From the NCBI GenBank assembly GCA_000165345.1, contig CM000434.1:480001-544000 (forward strand): a stretch of DNA of 64,000 nt. Reading direction: 5' to 3'. Position 1 is the stretch's first letter; each line of letters begins with the position of its first letter. Below are positions 29,875-41,363 of this stretch, piece after piece. Below the pieces are notes generated by a model. The model had not been told where the DNA came from. It saw nothing but the letters and a program-made list of their open reading frames with translations, and did not search any database. The translations under genes were made by a program, and so were the position numbers.

Positions 29875-32800
29875 ATGTTTTTTAGAAAATTATTAATGGT
29901 TTTTAGGTATTTGAAAAACTCGAACCTTAAAAAAAATAAAAATGAACTAGAAGAGTGTATTGAGATTGATTGTAAAAGTGGAAGTTCAGAATCGTTTAAT
30001 GAAACTGGATTATATGACTATGCATTTGATCATTCAATAATTTCTAAAGCTGCTTCAGATGATTGGGTAGCTGCAATACCTCGAATACATAAACAAGTGG
30101 GTTTAAATTTTTCAATTTTAGATTTATCATTTTTAGGTTATGAGCAATGAATTTTATTCAAACAAATTATTTACATTAAAAGGAGTTGAATTGATTCATT
30201 GGGGAATTCATACAGGTTACCCAAGTTTTTCCCAATTATTAAAAAATACATCAGAAATACTTAGTTCATTTATTGAAATGTGTTTTAGGCAAACACAAAC
30301 GCCTGCATATCAAACAGGTAAGGTTTTATTAACTTATTTTGTTAAAATAATATTTTTAGGCCACATTGTAAAATCAATGTTGTGGTCCGGGGTGTATATT
30401 TGGGCAACAACAAAGATGTATCGTAAAAATAATAATGACCCATGGAATTTTAAACGTATTCCGGAGATTTACTATTTTTTTGAATCAACATTTTTGTGGA
30501 TGCTTTCCTATGATTATGTAATTGGTACGCACTAAAATAATTTATATGAAAAGTTGATTTTTGTTTCAGGTTTAATAGCAATATGGTATAGAAAAGAGAG
30601 TACAATACGTTATATTTTCAATTTTTATCAAATTATTGACTTTTTGTCGCTTCCTCCGTTCTTATTGTTTATAATTACAATAAGCCCACAATACGAATCA
30701 AGCCAAAGTTGGTTATTAATGTAAGTTTAGCAATATTTTTTTCAAACTTCAAATATTTGATTAGATTCGGGTGGTTAAGATTTTTAAGACTATTTCGAAC
30801 AGAAAAAGTGTTGGATATGTTATTTCCACATGTTTCTGCAATAAAAAGAAGAGTTATCGGTAAGACATTCTTTCTTTAATGATATTTTTTACTAAAATAA
30901 TTAGGAATTTTTGCTGGTGCGATAACCATCATTTTAACTCATGCTGGTGCAATATTTACGATAGAGTCACCATCGGAAAAAGAATATAATAGTTTGTTTG
31001 ATTATTTGTATTATTCAGTTGTAACAATTGGTACTGTAGGTTATGGCGACTTTTCACCTCGAAAAAGAGAAGGAAGACTAGCTACAATCATTTTGATCAC
31101 CCTGACCTTAGTTTTACTTCCTCATGAATTTCAAAGACTAAAAGAAGCATTAAATACACCACCAGATTCAATTGGATCATTTATTAGGAAAAATGATACA
31201 TATTTGTGTATTATTGGACCAATTCCACCAAAGGTAAGTTAATTATGCTCTTTGCAATATTTTAACACTTTCTTAAAGCAGTTGTTATTTATTACAAAAA
31301 GTCTTTCTCTGCAAAAACAAAGAAGATTCAAATCTATAGTACTTGTGACACCAATACAAATTTTAGAATATCAAAACATAGTTAAAATATCACAACAAAG
31401 AGGTTATATTCGATTAAGTATAAAGCAGGGTTTTTTAGGATCTGCAATCAATAACCTGGTCCAATATAGCTCTATTGTTTTAATTTATGGATCAGAGAAG
31501 CCAATATTACATGATGTTATTTGTAATGAAGGAACGCAAAAAAGTGACTTTGATGCACTGATTACTGTAATGTGTAAGCGATAAAATGAATAATTATGAT
31601 TAATAATATGAATTTTAGGTCTGACTAATTTATTGGGGCTAAAAGATAAATTTTTTCTTATTTTTTATTCATCGCAAGTTGCAAGTTTATCAAAGATAAC
31701 TGGAGTATTAGGGAGCCTATCTTTAGAGAATTTAAGAATTAAATTATTAAGCAAATGTATAAGTAATTGTCCAGGGTTTCTACCAATTATGCTACATCTT
31801 ATTATACCAAAGAATGAAAACATGCTTAAAAAGCTCCAGGAACCACCAAAAAATACATTTTTTACTAGTAATATCGATAGATCAAAAATTACCCCATATG
31901 AATGGAAATGTAGATGGAGGGGACTGCATTTTAAGGTTTATACATTAAGATTTCCAAACTCATTTTTTGGATATCCAATACAAATTTTTACGAAGTATAT
32001 TTATAAACATCTAGGAATATTTTTAATTGGAGTTTATTGCCCTGATACGAATAGAACTTATTTAAACCCTCATCAATATATAATTGGAGATAATTCAAAT
32101 ATTTATTATGAGGGGTCAAATTACCTTGGAATTGTGTTATCTTCCAGTATTTCCCTTGTAAAGAAAGCAGAGTTATTGGAATCACCAAAAAATTACACAG
32201 AAGAATTTATTAAAAAAGTGGGGAGGAGGAGCTGTTCTCCATCTAACGTATTTCTTAATAGAAGTAAAAAATTCAAGTCAAAAGAGTATATTGAAAACAA
32301 AGATCAATTAAATATTTATGATTGTACAATCATATCTGAAATTCATAAGCATTGTGATTCGAATGATACCGATAAAAATATCATAAAAAATTTGATAAAT
32401 ATTAATGAAACTGGGAAAAATATACAAATTACTCAGCATAATCGTGAATTTACAAATTTAATCAATTATTCAAGTTCTTACGATGATCAATGTTTATTTG
32501 ACCAGGTAAAAAATATGGTTCTCCCCAATCACTTTGAAGAAACTGCATCTAATATGACGAATATAAATAGTAAATTTGATATCTGCAAAATCAATTCTAA
32601 TACAGTTAGTTTTTCTCAATCAAATTTAAATTTTCTACCTGAAACAAATACCGGTATTCCAGTAGTTTCAAATTATTTAGAAGCAATTTCAAAAGTTTTT
32701 ACAAATAGAGAATACCCAATTGTGCTGATTATCGGATGGTGCGAACAGATTGATATGCTGGTAAAATTAACCTTTTCACTTAAACCTTCAAATTTTATTG

Positions 32801-33757
32801 TTTTATGTGAAAAAATTATAGATTCCAGTTTTATAAATGAAGAGTTTTTTGGAAGAATTGCCCAAATATCTGGTGTTGGGACATCAGAACATGATTTAAA
32901 ACAAGCCGGAGTATTGGTTGCATCAAGAATAATTATTTTTGATTCAACAGGGAATCCTTCAAATATATATAAAGAAGAACTAATTAACGTTAGATATGGA
33001 AAACATGCCATTGGCACTTGGATAGTAGTATGTTATTTATTCTCCAAATACAAAAAAAAAGATAATTGTTTAGTAGGATCCCAAAAAATGCCACCATTAA
33101 TAATAGATATTAAAGAGACAGACATTGGGTTATTATTATTTCAGTACTCGGATGATTGGCCAACCAGGATCGATGGATCAACTTACTCTATTCCATATAA
33201 GAACGAACTAGATTTTTTTTATTCAAGACAATTTCTTAGTGGACAGTTTTTTGTGGATAATATTATTGACTCATTGATTCCTTTTTTAGTTCCAATATTA
33301 GATAACAATCCTATAAATAAATCATTTATTAATCAAATAATTTATGGAAATCCAACTAGTAAACCATTCGGAAATGTTAGGTATTATAACGAAAAGAACT
33401 GTAGTTTGCAAATGGAAGAGATTCCATTTGTATTTGTGAATTCTACATTTTATAACTTATTTTCAGTAAGTTCGTTTTCGTTTTATAATTATAAATTTAT
33501 TCTTGATTTAACAGCAACTTCTTAAACATGGCAGGCTAGCCATTGGAATTTATAGACCAATTAGAGTGGACGATCATCAATTTAATAAAAAACAAGATAT
33601 AAAAACTCAAAAATTTTCTCCAAGTTTAGGAGATTTAGAGTCAGTTATTAACGAGAATTCGGTAAAAGAATGCTTTAATTGCGAAACTCATTTAATAATA
33701 TCATGCCCACCACCAAAATTCAAAATAAATTTAGGAGATTGTGTTTATTTCTTATAG
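29875..33757 (+). CDS. Slo/BK-type K+ channel (voltage-sensor S4, TVGYGD pore, RCK domains, Slo C-terminal tail); at least 9 exons
   Basis: Exons deduced by eye from GTAAG(T/A/G) donors and T-rich...AG acceptors with phase continuity. Firm exons: 30183..30317, 30360..30524, 30570..30720, 30765..30859, 30905..31233, 31279..31573, 31619..33465, 33515..33757 (introns 42-49 nt). The 5' end (29875..30136?) is uncertain. Motifs: S3/S4 IIDFLSLPPFLLFIIT and WLRFLRLFRTEKVLDML (compare BK VVDFFTVPPVFVSVYL / LRFLRALRLIQFSEILQFL). Pore YSVVTIGTVGYGDFSP. RCK-like YLCIIGPIPPK.. Tail ..RLAIGIYRPIRVDD...CFNCETHLIISCPPPKFKINLGDCVYFL (compare BK LCFGIYRLRD...[21 protein letters not shown]). No poly-Asp calcium bowl seen. 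Confidence 0.8.
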
Positions 33758-33891
33758 AGTATATATCTTAAATATATTTATTAAAATAATGACTTTTATT
33801 TGATTGATTTTTTTTTTTGGTAGATATTTCACCATTATTTGATTGGTGTGTGCACACCAAAGTTAAACTATTTGAAAATAAACAAATCATT

Positions 33892-35412
33892 ATGTGGGGA
33901 TTTATAGAACAATTAAGAACAAAAGCAGGAGGATTTATTGACTTATCCAGTGGAATTATTTGTTGTGCAGCATTTGGAAGTTTATTACTGATATTTCGTA
34001 AGTACATTCCGCATCCATCTGAATTCTTTCCATTTGGTTGGTTTTTTTTAAAATTTGGTATTCATAAGCATGACAATTTTAATTTATTATTGGATATTCT
34101 CGAGGGAGTTGATATTCCTGAAACAGGAAAGTATTCAATAAGAATTAAATGCGGTAGAGAAACTGACGAATCATCTACAACTATTTGCTTGGAAGATGTA
34201 AACAAGTTTACTAATAACCTTACGAAATCATTTAAATGTTGTTGGAAAGAAAAGCGTATTATTCTTGTAAGACAAAGGGAGAACTATTTATTTATTGAAT
34301 TAATCAGTCATGGCACTTTTACCAGTTCTGTAATTGGAGAATGTAGAATTAGCATTATGGATATAATTGATGCAAAGTTTCCAAAAAAAGTAACTTATAA
34401 CATCCAAAAAGACAGGAAGGTTGTTGCGAAACTACTGTTATCTTTTTATAGAATTTCTGCAAACATAATAGTTGAGGATACAAATCCAGTATTATTTCAA
34501 GCAATGATTAATTTACAAACTGATGCAGATATTTCAGGCAATAAATCAATTTATGCAGATTTTGACAAAATGTCGGAAAAAGAACAATTAATATTCTTTT
34601 CTAAAGCATTACAAGGAAATCTATATTACTTAGAAAATGGTGACAAAGGTAAGTTATCACAATTCTTTTTAAACCTTTAACTTTTTTTTTTTAAGATAAA
34701 CTGAGAATGTTTTATTTCAGAGCAGTGGAAGTTACAATTAATAGGTAAGTTAATAAAAAAAATATAAAGCAATTATTAATATTAAACAGGTGGGAGTGGT
34801 GCTATTGGGCAACCGAAGGCGATTATTTAAAAGGAAGTAGTAAATTAGGAGGATATCCATTTCTTGCTATGAGTGTGGTCATTCCAGATAAAACGGATAG
34901 AGATCAAATATACATCAAATATCATGATTTATACGGGATTCATGACCTTTTCTTTAAAGCGATAGAAATTGATAGAGATGTCTGGTCAGAAGCAATATAT
35001 GAATTTATCGAGAGAGTAAGTTAAATTCAGTACTACAAAGACGATTAATAAATATTCTTAGTTAAGATCATATCTGGATCATATAAAGGATGGCGTTATA
35101 AACACCGAACAATTAAACATTCACTTGGAGAACGCTAATTTTTCAAATTCACCCTCGGAACAGCCATTCATTATAAACTTAAACTCAAGAGACGAAAGCC
35201 TAACAAATAATACTCACCACGAAATAACAAGCGAAAAGAAGGACAAACAAGTGACGATGATTGAGTCCAAAGTAAAGAACTCAAGAACAGTAAAAATACA
35301 CACAAACGGGGGTTCAGAAAAGCATTCCAAGAACATCAACTCACCAAATTCTATAAAGAGAATGAAGATGGAAGTAAATCCATCAAGATATGAAAACGAG
35401 CCATTAATATAA
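33892..35412 (+). CDS. Hypothetical protein of about 460-485 aa encoded by 4 exons
   Basis: Exons 33817(TTG)/33892(first ATG)..34648, 34696..34744, 34790..35015, 35062..35412, joined through GTAAGT donors at 34649, 34745, 35016 and AG acceptors with correct phase. This links ORF-track fragments 33817-34680 and 35125-35412. The T9-GGTAG at 33811-33823 could instead be an acceptor for an undiscovered upstream exon. No domain recognised. Confidence 0.45.
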
Positions 35413-35832
35413 ATATTGAGCTACTGGAATCTCGAATCTCAAAGACTCAGAAGAATCAATAGGAATTTCCAATTTGCATCAGTAAATCAGATACTATCTA
35501 GCAATGGAACTTCAATCATCGTCATTGAGAAGAAAATGTTTACATTTTTTGCTCAGACAGGGATAACAATAATACTCAACCATCAAAAATTGATGTCTGT
35601 AGGTGTCCTAAGAAAATCATCATCACAAAATGTAAACTTTAAAGTTTAGGAACTAAAACAAAAGGCATTATAAAAATATACTGCCAGTAGAGAGTTTCTT
35701 GTTCCATCAAATTATAGCAACGTTCTCTTCAATACCGATTAGAGAATATACAATCACTATTGTACACACTAGTTGCAAAGTGATTTTTTACAATAGAACG
35801 AGACAATAAAATTGAGACAACAGTTTGCGCGG

Positions 35833-36795
35833 TTATTTTTTTTTTGCAAATGAAAGCTTGAGTCTGGTCGAATTGTTTAATAGAAAGTTGTCTAGTTTAG
35901 AGATTGTAGTTGCTGCTTGTACTTGAGTGAAAAAGTCTACAAATGCGACTTGATGATTCTTATACAAGTAAATTAAACTATTGAGTAATCTTTAGAAACT
36001 TACTGGTATAAAACGGAGTTCTTTGAATCCATTTATGTGACTAAATAAAGTATACAGTTCTTCTTCTCTACATATCCCCATCTCCATTTGTACAAAAACT
36101 GTATTGCTTACCTCAAGCGGGCTAGCGTTGTTTGGAAGCCTGTGTAGAAACGATGTAGTGCCATCAATTTGCATCTCTGGTCTTCCTAGGGAGTTTTGTG
36201 TAAGCTCATTATTAATAAAGGGATGAACATTCAATTTTTTGTTTTTGTTAGAACGCATGAGGTTCACGTAGTTGTTATCATATAAAACTTGATTGTTAAC
36301 TAGTTTAATCTGGTTTTTTTCAGGATCGTCCAGAGTTTGAAATAAACCATTGTTTTCAGCATTTTTTAACCATTGAGCCAGGTATTGCTTGTATAATTCA
36401 ATGCGAGCATTAATAGACTTTGGTACCATCCGAATGTTGGAACTGGAATTGCGAACTTGGATATTTCTACGTTCTGACTCTTTAGCTGCAAATGAAACAT
36501 TTACGTGCTTCCCAAATATTTGCGTCCCAATTTCATTATTCACAGCATTTACAGCAGAAACAGCGTTAGAAAATGTTATCCATGCCTGACCTTTCCTAAA
36601 ATATGAGTTAAACATTTTAATTGATTCAATCTTGCCATATTTTGCAAAAATCTCTTCAAGTGACAATTTTTGCTTTGGGATAGATATACTGTCATTTAAA
36701 TTGTTAATATAAATAGTTTTGTTTTCATCATCATCAGATAGGCTGTTCTTTAGTACTTTAATACCATTTTTTCTATCCATTAAAGAATTGTTCAT
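35833..36795 (-). CDS. U1 snRNP A / U2 snRNP B'' homolog (two RRMs), 2 exons: 36795..36004 and 35958..35833
   Basis: RRM1 TIYINNLNDSI...FAKYGKIESIKMFNSYFRKGQAWITFSNAVSAVNAVNNE matches U1A TIYINNLNEKI...RGQAFVIFKEVSSATNA. Exon 1 ends at the consensus donor CCA|GTAAGT (36003-35998). Exon 2 after acceptor ..TTGTATAAG| encodes NHQVAFVDFFTQVQAATTISKLDNFLLNNSTRLKLSFAKKK* (U1A: [40 protein letters not shown]). The ORF track shows only exon 1. First ATG is 36795 (track TTG 36804). Confidence 0.8.
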
Positions 36796-36872
36796 TGCAA
36801 ACAAAATACATAAAAATTCAGATTACAAGTTATCTAAGGCGCCAGATGGATTTTTTATTTTAGTTCTTGATA

Positions 36873-37529
36873 ATGAATTACGATGAAATAAGAAGCCTCA
36901 TATTAGATACGGCGGAAGAATATAAGCATTCGCTTGGTAGCGATTATAGGCTAGTGTTGAAAGAAATAAATCAATTAGGTGATATATCTGTGAGCGATAG
37001 TTTTCAAAAGAATAAAGTTGAATTTTCTTTTTCACTTAAGAAGGGTAAAGAGAAATATAAAATTTCTATCTATGTAAATAGAAAATTATTAGAGAGTAAT
37101 GAATCTCTTATCGGTAATAAACATCTAAAAAAATCAGTTGAAATATCTGCGTTGGCTTTCTGGGAATTTTCGGATAAAAAAAAGGAACTTTTTGAATATT
37201 TTACTGAACTTTTTGAAGAGGACGGCATTTCACCATTTAAAAATAGCGAATCCCATGATATATTTTATTCTAACTGTGAAGGTTTGAGGGATGAGCTAAT
37301 TCCTTCCTGCGACATAATATCATTCCTTGACATTTTCTTACTCTCATTATTCAGATCCAAAATACCTCAACTCATTAGACACTTGGGCTGGGATGAGAGT
37401 ATTCCCCTTAGAAATTCACTAATAGAACACATAGCATCCGATGAATGTTTTAAGGACCTAGATGAAAGCAGTACAGACAGTGAGTCTGAGGAGAGTACTG
37501 TGAAAAAAAGAGTAAATAGGAGATACTAA
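36873..37529 (+). CDS. Hypothetical acidic protein of about 218 aa
   Basis: ORF with Ser/Glu/Asp-rich C-terminus (DESSTDSESEEST); first ATG 36873 (track TTG 36867). No domain recognised. Confidence 0.4.
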   Translation: MNYDEIRSLILDTAEEYKHSLGSDYRLVLKEINQLGDISVSDSFQKNKVEFSFSLKKGKEKYKISIYVNRKLLESNESLIGNKHLKKSVEISALAFWEFSDKKKELFEYFTELFEEDGISPFKNSESHDIFYSNCEGLRDELIPSCDIISFLDIFLLSLFRSKIPQLIRHLGWDESIPLRNSLIEHIASDECFKDLDESSTDSESEESTVKKRVNRRY

Positions 37530-37624
37530 AAGTATTAATCTTTAAGGTATAAGTTATTACTATGAACCACTAGGTAAATCTAGTACTAATAAAGTTGAAA
37601 TCGCTGATTAACGCACAACAATTT

Positions 37625-38143
37625 TCAGTTCAAGATAATACCATCATATTTAGACTGGAACCATTGCATAGCTTCATCCTTTGTAACTCTACCGTGCTTA
37701 CCAACCTTTGATCTACATTTCCTTCTTAGGCTAACACGATTACCTGGTCTAGTTAATTGTACGAAGAAGTCCATACCGTAAATACCGGTGCTAGGATCGT
37801 ATTTAATACCCAAATCAATGTGCTCATCTATTCCAAAACCAAAATTACCAGTTGCAGAGAAGTTCCTTTTACGAAGTTCGTATTCCTTAACTTTCAAACC
37901 CTTCTCAAGAATCTCTTCGGCTTTATCACCACGAACAGTAACATAACATGATATCTTTTCAGCCCTACGGATAGAGAATGAACGGATAGTGAAACGAGCC
38001 TGACCAAAGACAGGTTTTTGGTCAGTCAACTGTTCCAATACCTTCGCTGCACGGGTGAGGCGATCACCTGACTGGCCAACACTAATATTAATGACCAACT
38101 TCTCAATTTTGATATTTTTCATAGGGTTCACCTCTGCTGTCAT
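37625..38143 (-). CDS. RPL11: 60S ribosomal protein L11 (uL5)
   Basis: [35 protein letters not shown]...[28 protein letters not shown]... is near-identical in pattern to eukaryotic RPL11. Confidence 0.93.
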   Translation of the reverse strand: MTAEVNPMKNIKIEKLVINISVGQSGDRLTRAAKVLEQLTDQKPVFGQARFTIRSFSIRRAEKISCYVTVRGDKAEEILEKGLKVKEYELRKRNFSATGNFGFGIDEHIDLGIKYDPSTGIYGMDFFVQLTRPGNRVSLRRKCRSKVGKHGRVTKDEAMQWFQSKYDGIILN

Positions 38144-38403
38144 ATTGAATTATAATTATTTAAATCCTGAACAATAATAACTTAAGGAAGTATTGGATGC
38201 CTGTACAAACTGAAATTAAAAAAACCAGTTCCGTGAACCTTATTTAAACGTCTGTAGACGGTTATTTGTACAAATATAAATTGATATTTTTGAGACAGGT
38301 TTTCGTCTCTCAATAGCGGGCAATTTAGTTGCGCGCTGAATTTTTTTAATATTCATAAAAAAAAATATATAATATAATATATATAAATTACAGCGTGTGA
38401 TAA

Positions 38404-41128
38404 ATGTCAAGCAAGAAGAAAAATGCTAACAAGGTAAGTAGTACTTATATTTATTGTTACGCTAGGAATACTTCTGTTATTTCAGAAACAGGATCAAGAT
38501 CTCGAGGATTTGGATGCACTATTAGCTGAATTTGGAACGGTTGATAATGAAGAGGTAAATCAGGAATTACAAGATCTTAAGGAAGTGAAAGCAGAGGAAA
38601 CTGTATCTTCTCAAACTCTTAAAAACAGGCTTAAGAAACAGAAAAAAAAACAAGCAAAGTCACATGCTCTAGCCACTGAGGATGTTGGTTCGGAAGCCAT
38701 TACAAAACCCAAGCCTATAAGTGCAGCTGCTAAAGCAGCTGCAGAAAGATTGAGGCAGATTCAAGAAAATGAACAGGAATTGAAAAGAAGAGAAGAGGAG
38801 GAGAAAAAGAAGGAAGAAGAGAGGCGGAGGTTGGAAGAAGAAGAAGCATTGCGCATTCAAGAGGAAAAACTTCAAAAACAAAAACAAAGGAAAGAGCGCA
38901 GGGAACAGTTAAAGGCTGAAGGAAAACTCTTGTCTGCTAAGGAAAAGGCTGTAAAACAAAAGCGTGAACAATTTGTTGAATACCTTAAACAGCAGGGCGT
39001 AGTTTCTACAAGTGAAGGTAGTCTTGCCAATTCAAGTTTCAGTAGTGGGCTTGCAACAAGAAAGAAGAAAAATAATAAATCTAATTTAAAGGAAGATATT
39101 CTATCTACGGATATTATAGAAAATAGTGAGAGAAATCAAGATATGGAAACTAAAACGGTTATACAGGAGTTTGTATTAGACTCATGGGAGAAAGCAGTTG
39201 ATTATGAAGCGGGATCAAAAAGTCCGAACGTTTCTACAAAAAATATTAGAGACCTAGTTCCGCCAAAGAAAGTGGACGGCATCGCGGATACAAACTGTAT
39301 TGAACATATTGCAGAGGAATCATGTGAAGACCTGGGGTTTAGATCACCAGTTTGCTGTATTCTAGGCCATGTTGATACTGGAAAAACAAAGCTTCTTGAC
39401 AAAATGAGGAAAACAAATGTTCAGGATAATGAGGCAGGAGGAATAACTCAACAGATTGGTGCAACTTACTTTCCACCTGAAATGCTTTCCGAACAAGTTA
39501 AAAAAGTTGAAGCTGACTTTGAATTGCAAATACCTGGGTTATTATTCATAGATACTCCTGGCCATGAGAGTTTTAATAATTTGAGATCTAGAGGCTCGTC
39601 ATTATGCGATATAGCTGTTCTTGTTGTTGATATTATGCATGGACTTGAACCGCAAACTAGAGAAAGTATTGGATTACTCAGAAGCAGGAAATGCCCTTTT
39701 ATCATTGCTTTGAACAAGATTGACAGACTTTATGGCTGGATTGAGCAGAATTGGTCTTCTTCTAGGTCAACACTTTCTATCCAAAATGAAAGTACAAGAG
39801 ATGAGTTTGACACTCGTCTTAATAGAGTTCTTCTAGAACTTTCTGAGGAAGGTCTTAATTGTGATATATATTGGAAGAATGATGATTTTAGAGGAAATGT
39901 ATCAATTGTACCAACTAGTGCTGTTACTGGAGAAGGAGTGCCTGACTTGATTTATTTAATTGCTCAGCTGACTCAAAATTACATGGGCCTCCATTGTTTG
40001 CAATTGAATACACGTGAATTAAGCTGCACGATTCTTGAGGTAAAGGCTATCGACGGTTTGGGCGTGACAATTGATGTGATTCTTGTATCAGGAATATTAA
40101 GGGAAGGAGATACAATTATTGTTTGCGGTCTTTCTGCTCCAATTGTAACTACAATTAGAGCATTATTGACCCCCCAACCAATGCATGAGATGAGGGTGAA
40201 AGGCGAGTATATACATCATCGTTTTATTAAAGCTTCAATGGGCGTAAAAATATGCGCGAACGGGCTTGATGACGCTGTTGCGGGAACACAGTTACTAGTG
40301 CAATCTAAGAATTCAACTCCAGAGGAGATCGAATCATTGAAAGAGGAAGTTATGAAAGATATGGGAGACATTTTTAGTTCTGTTGATAGGACAGGGAATG
40401 GAGTATATGTAATGGCTTCAACTCTTGGATCCCTAGAAGCTCTATTAGTTTTTCTGAAGTCTTCCAATATTCCAGTTGTTGCTCTAAATATCGGCACTGT
40501 TCATAAGTCTGATGTTAGAAGAGCATCTATTATGCACGAAAGAGGTTTTCCTGAAATGGCAGTTATTCTTGCATTTGACATTAAGGTAGATGCAGAGGCA
40601 GAAGTTGAAGCCAAGAAACTTAATGTAAGAATAATGAAGGCAAATATAATATATCACCTTTGTGATATGTTCACCAAGTATTATAGCGATGTCCAGGAAG
40701 AGAAGAAGAAGGAGAAGTCTCAGAAGGTTGTATTTCCTTGTATATTAAAAATTATTCCTCAATACATTTTTAATGCTAGAGATCCAATTATTTGTGGCGT
40801 TTATGTGGAGGAGGGTATTTTAAAACCAGGAACACCTCTTTGCATTCCCGAGAAAGATAACTTGATGATTGGCCGCGTAACAAGTGTTGAATTTAACAAG
40901 AAACCTGTAAATGAAGGGAAGAAAGGTCAAGAGGTTGCTGTGAAGATTCAGCCTTTTGCATCAGATACAAACATCACATATGGTAGGCACTTTGATCACA
41001 ACGATAAACTAGTTAGTCGTATTACAAGAGATTCCATAGATATTTTGAAACAACATTTTAGAGATGATCTATCTAAAGATGATTGGAAATTAGTTATTCA
41101 GTTGAAGAAAACATTCGGAATTCCTTAA
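38404..41128 (+). CDS. EIF5B: Translation initiation factor eIF5B (IF2 family GTPase), 2 exons: 38404..38433 and 38486..41128
   Basis: G domain GHVDTGKTKLLDKMRKTNVQDNEAGGITQQIGATYFP...DTPGHESF...ALNKIDR. Charged Lys/Glu-rich N-terminal region. 10-codon first exon MSSKKKNANK followed by GTAAGT (38434) ... TTTCAG (38485) with phase 0 into KQDQDLEDLDALLAEFG. Confidence 0.9.
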
Positions 41129-41363
41129 TTAGATTATATTTGTAGTTTTGATATATTAACTTTAAATTTTTTCTTTCATGTTTAAAAACTGAGTTTTTTA
41201 GTACTTTTTTTAGTCTTTGATTTAATGACAGGTTAATTCTTCCACCCGCACCCTCCAGTTTATGATAAAAACGCCTCAATTATTCTGGATAATCCAGAGA
41301 TGATTAATCCAGTAGCGGTTATGCATATCTTATTGTTATTAAGCTACTTTGTTTGGCGCAGTG

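Noticed and set aside
29875-31584. ORF-track entries 29875-30150, 30140-30535, 30994-31242, 31252-31584 as separate small genes
   Set aside because: They are consecutive exons of one Slo-type K+ channel joined by 42-49-nt GTAAG..AG introns with phase continuity, not independent genes.
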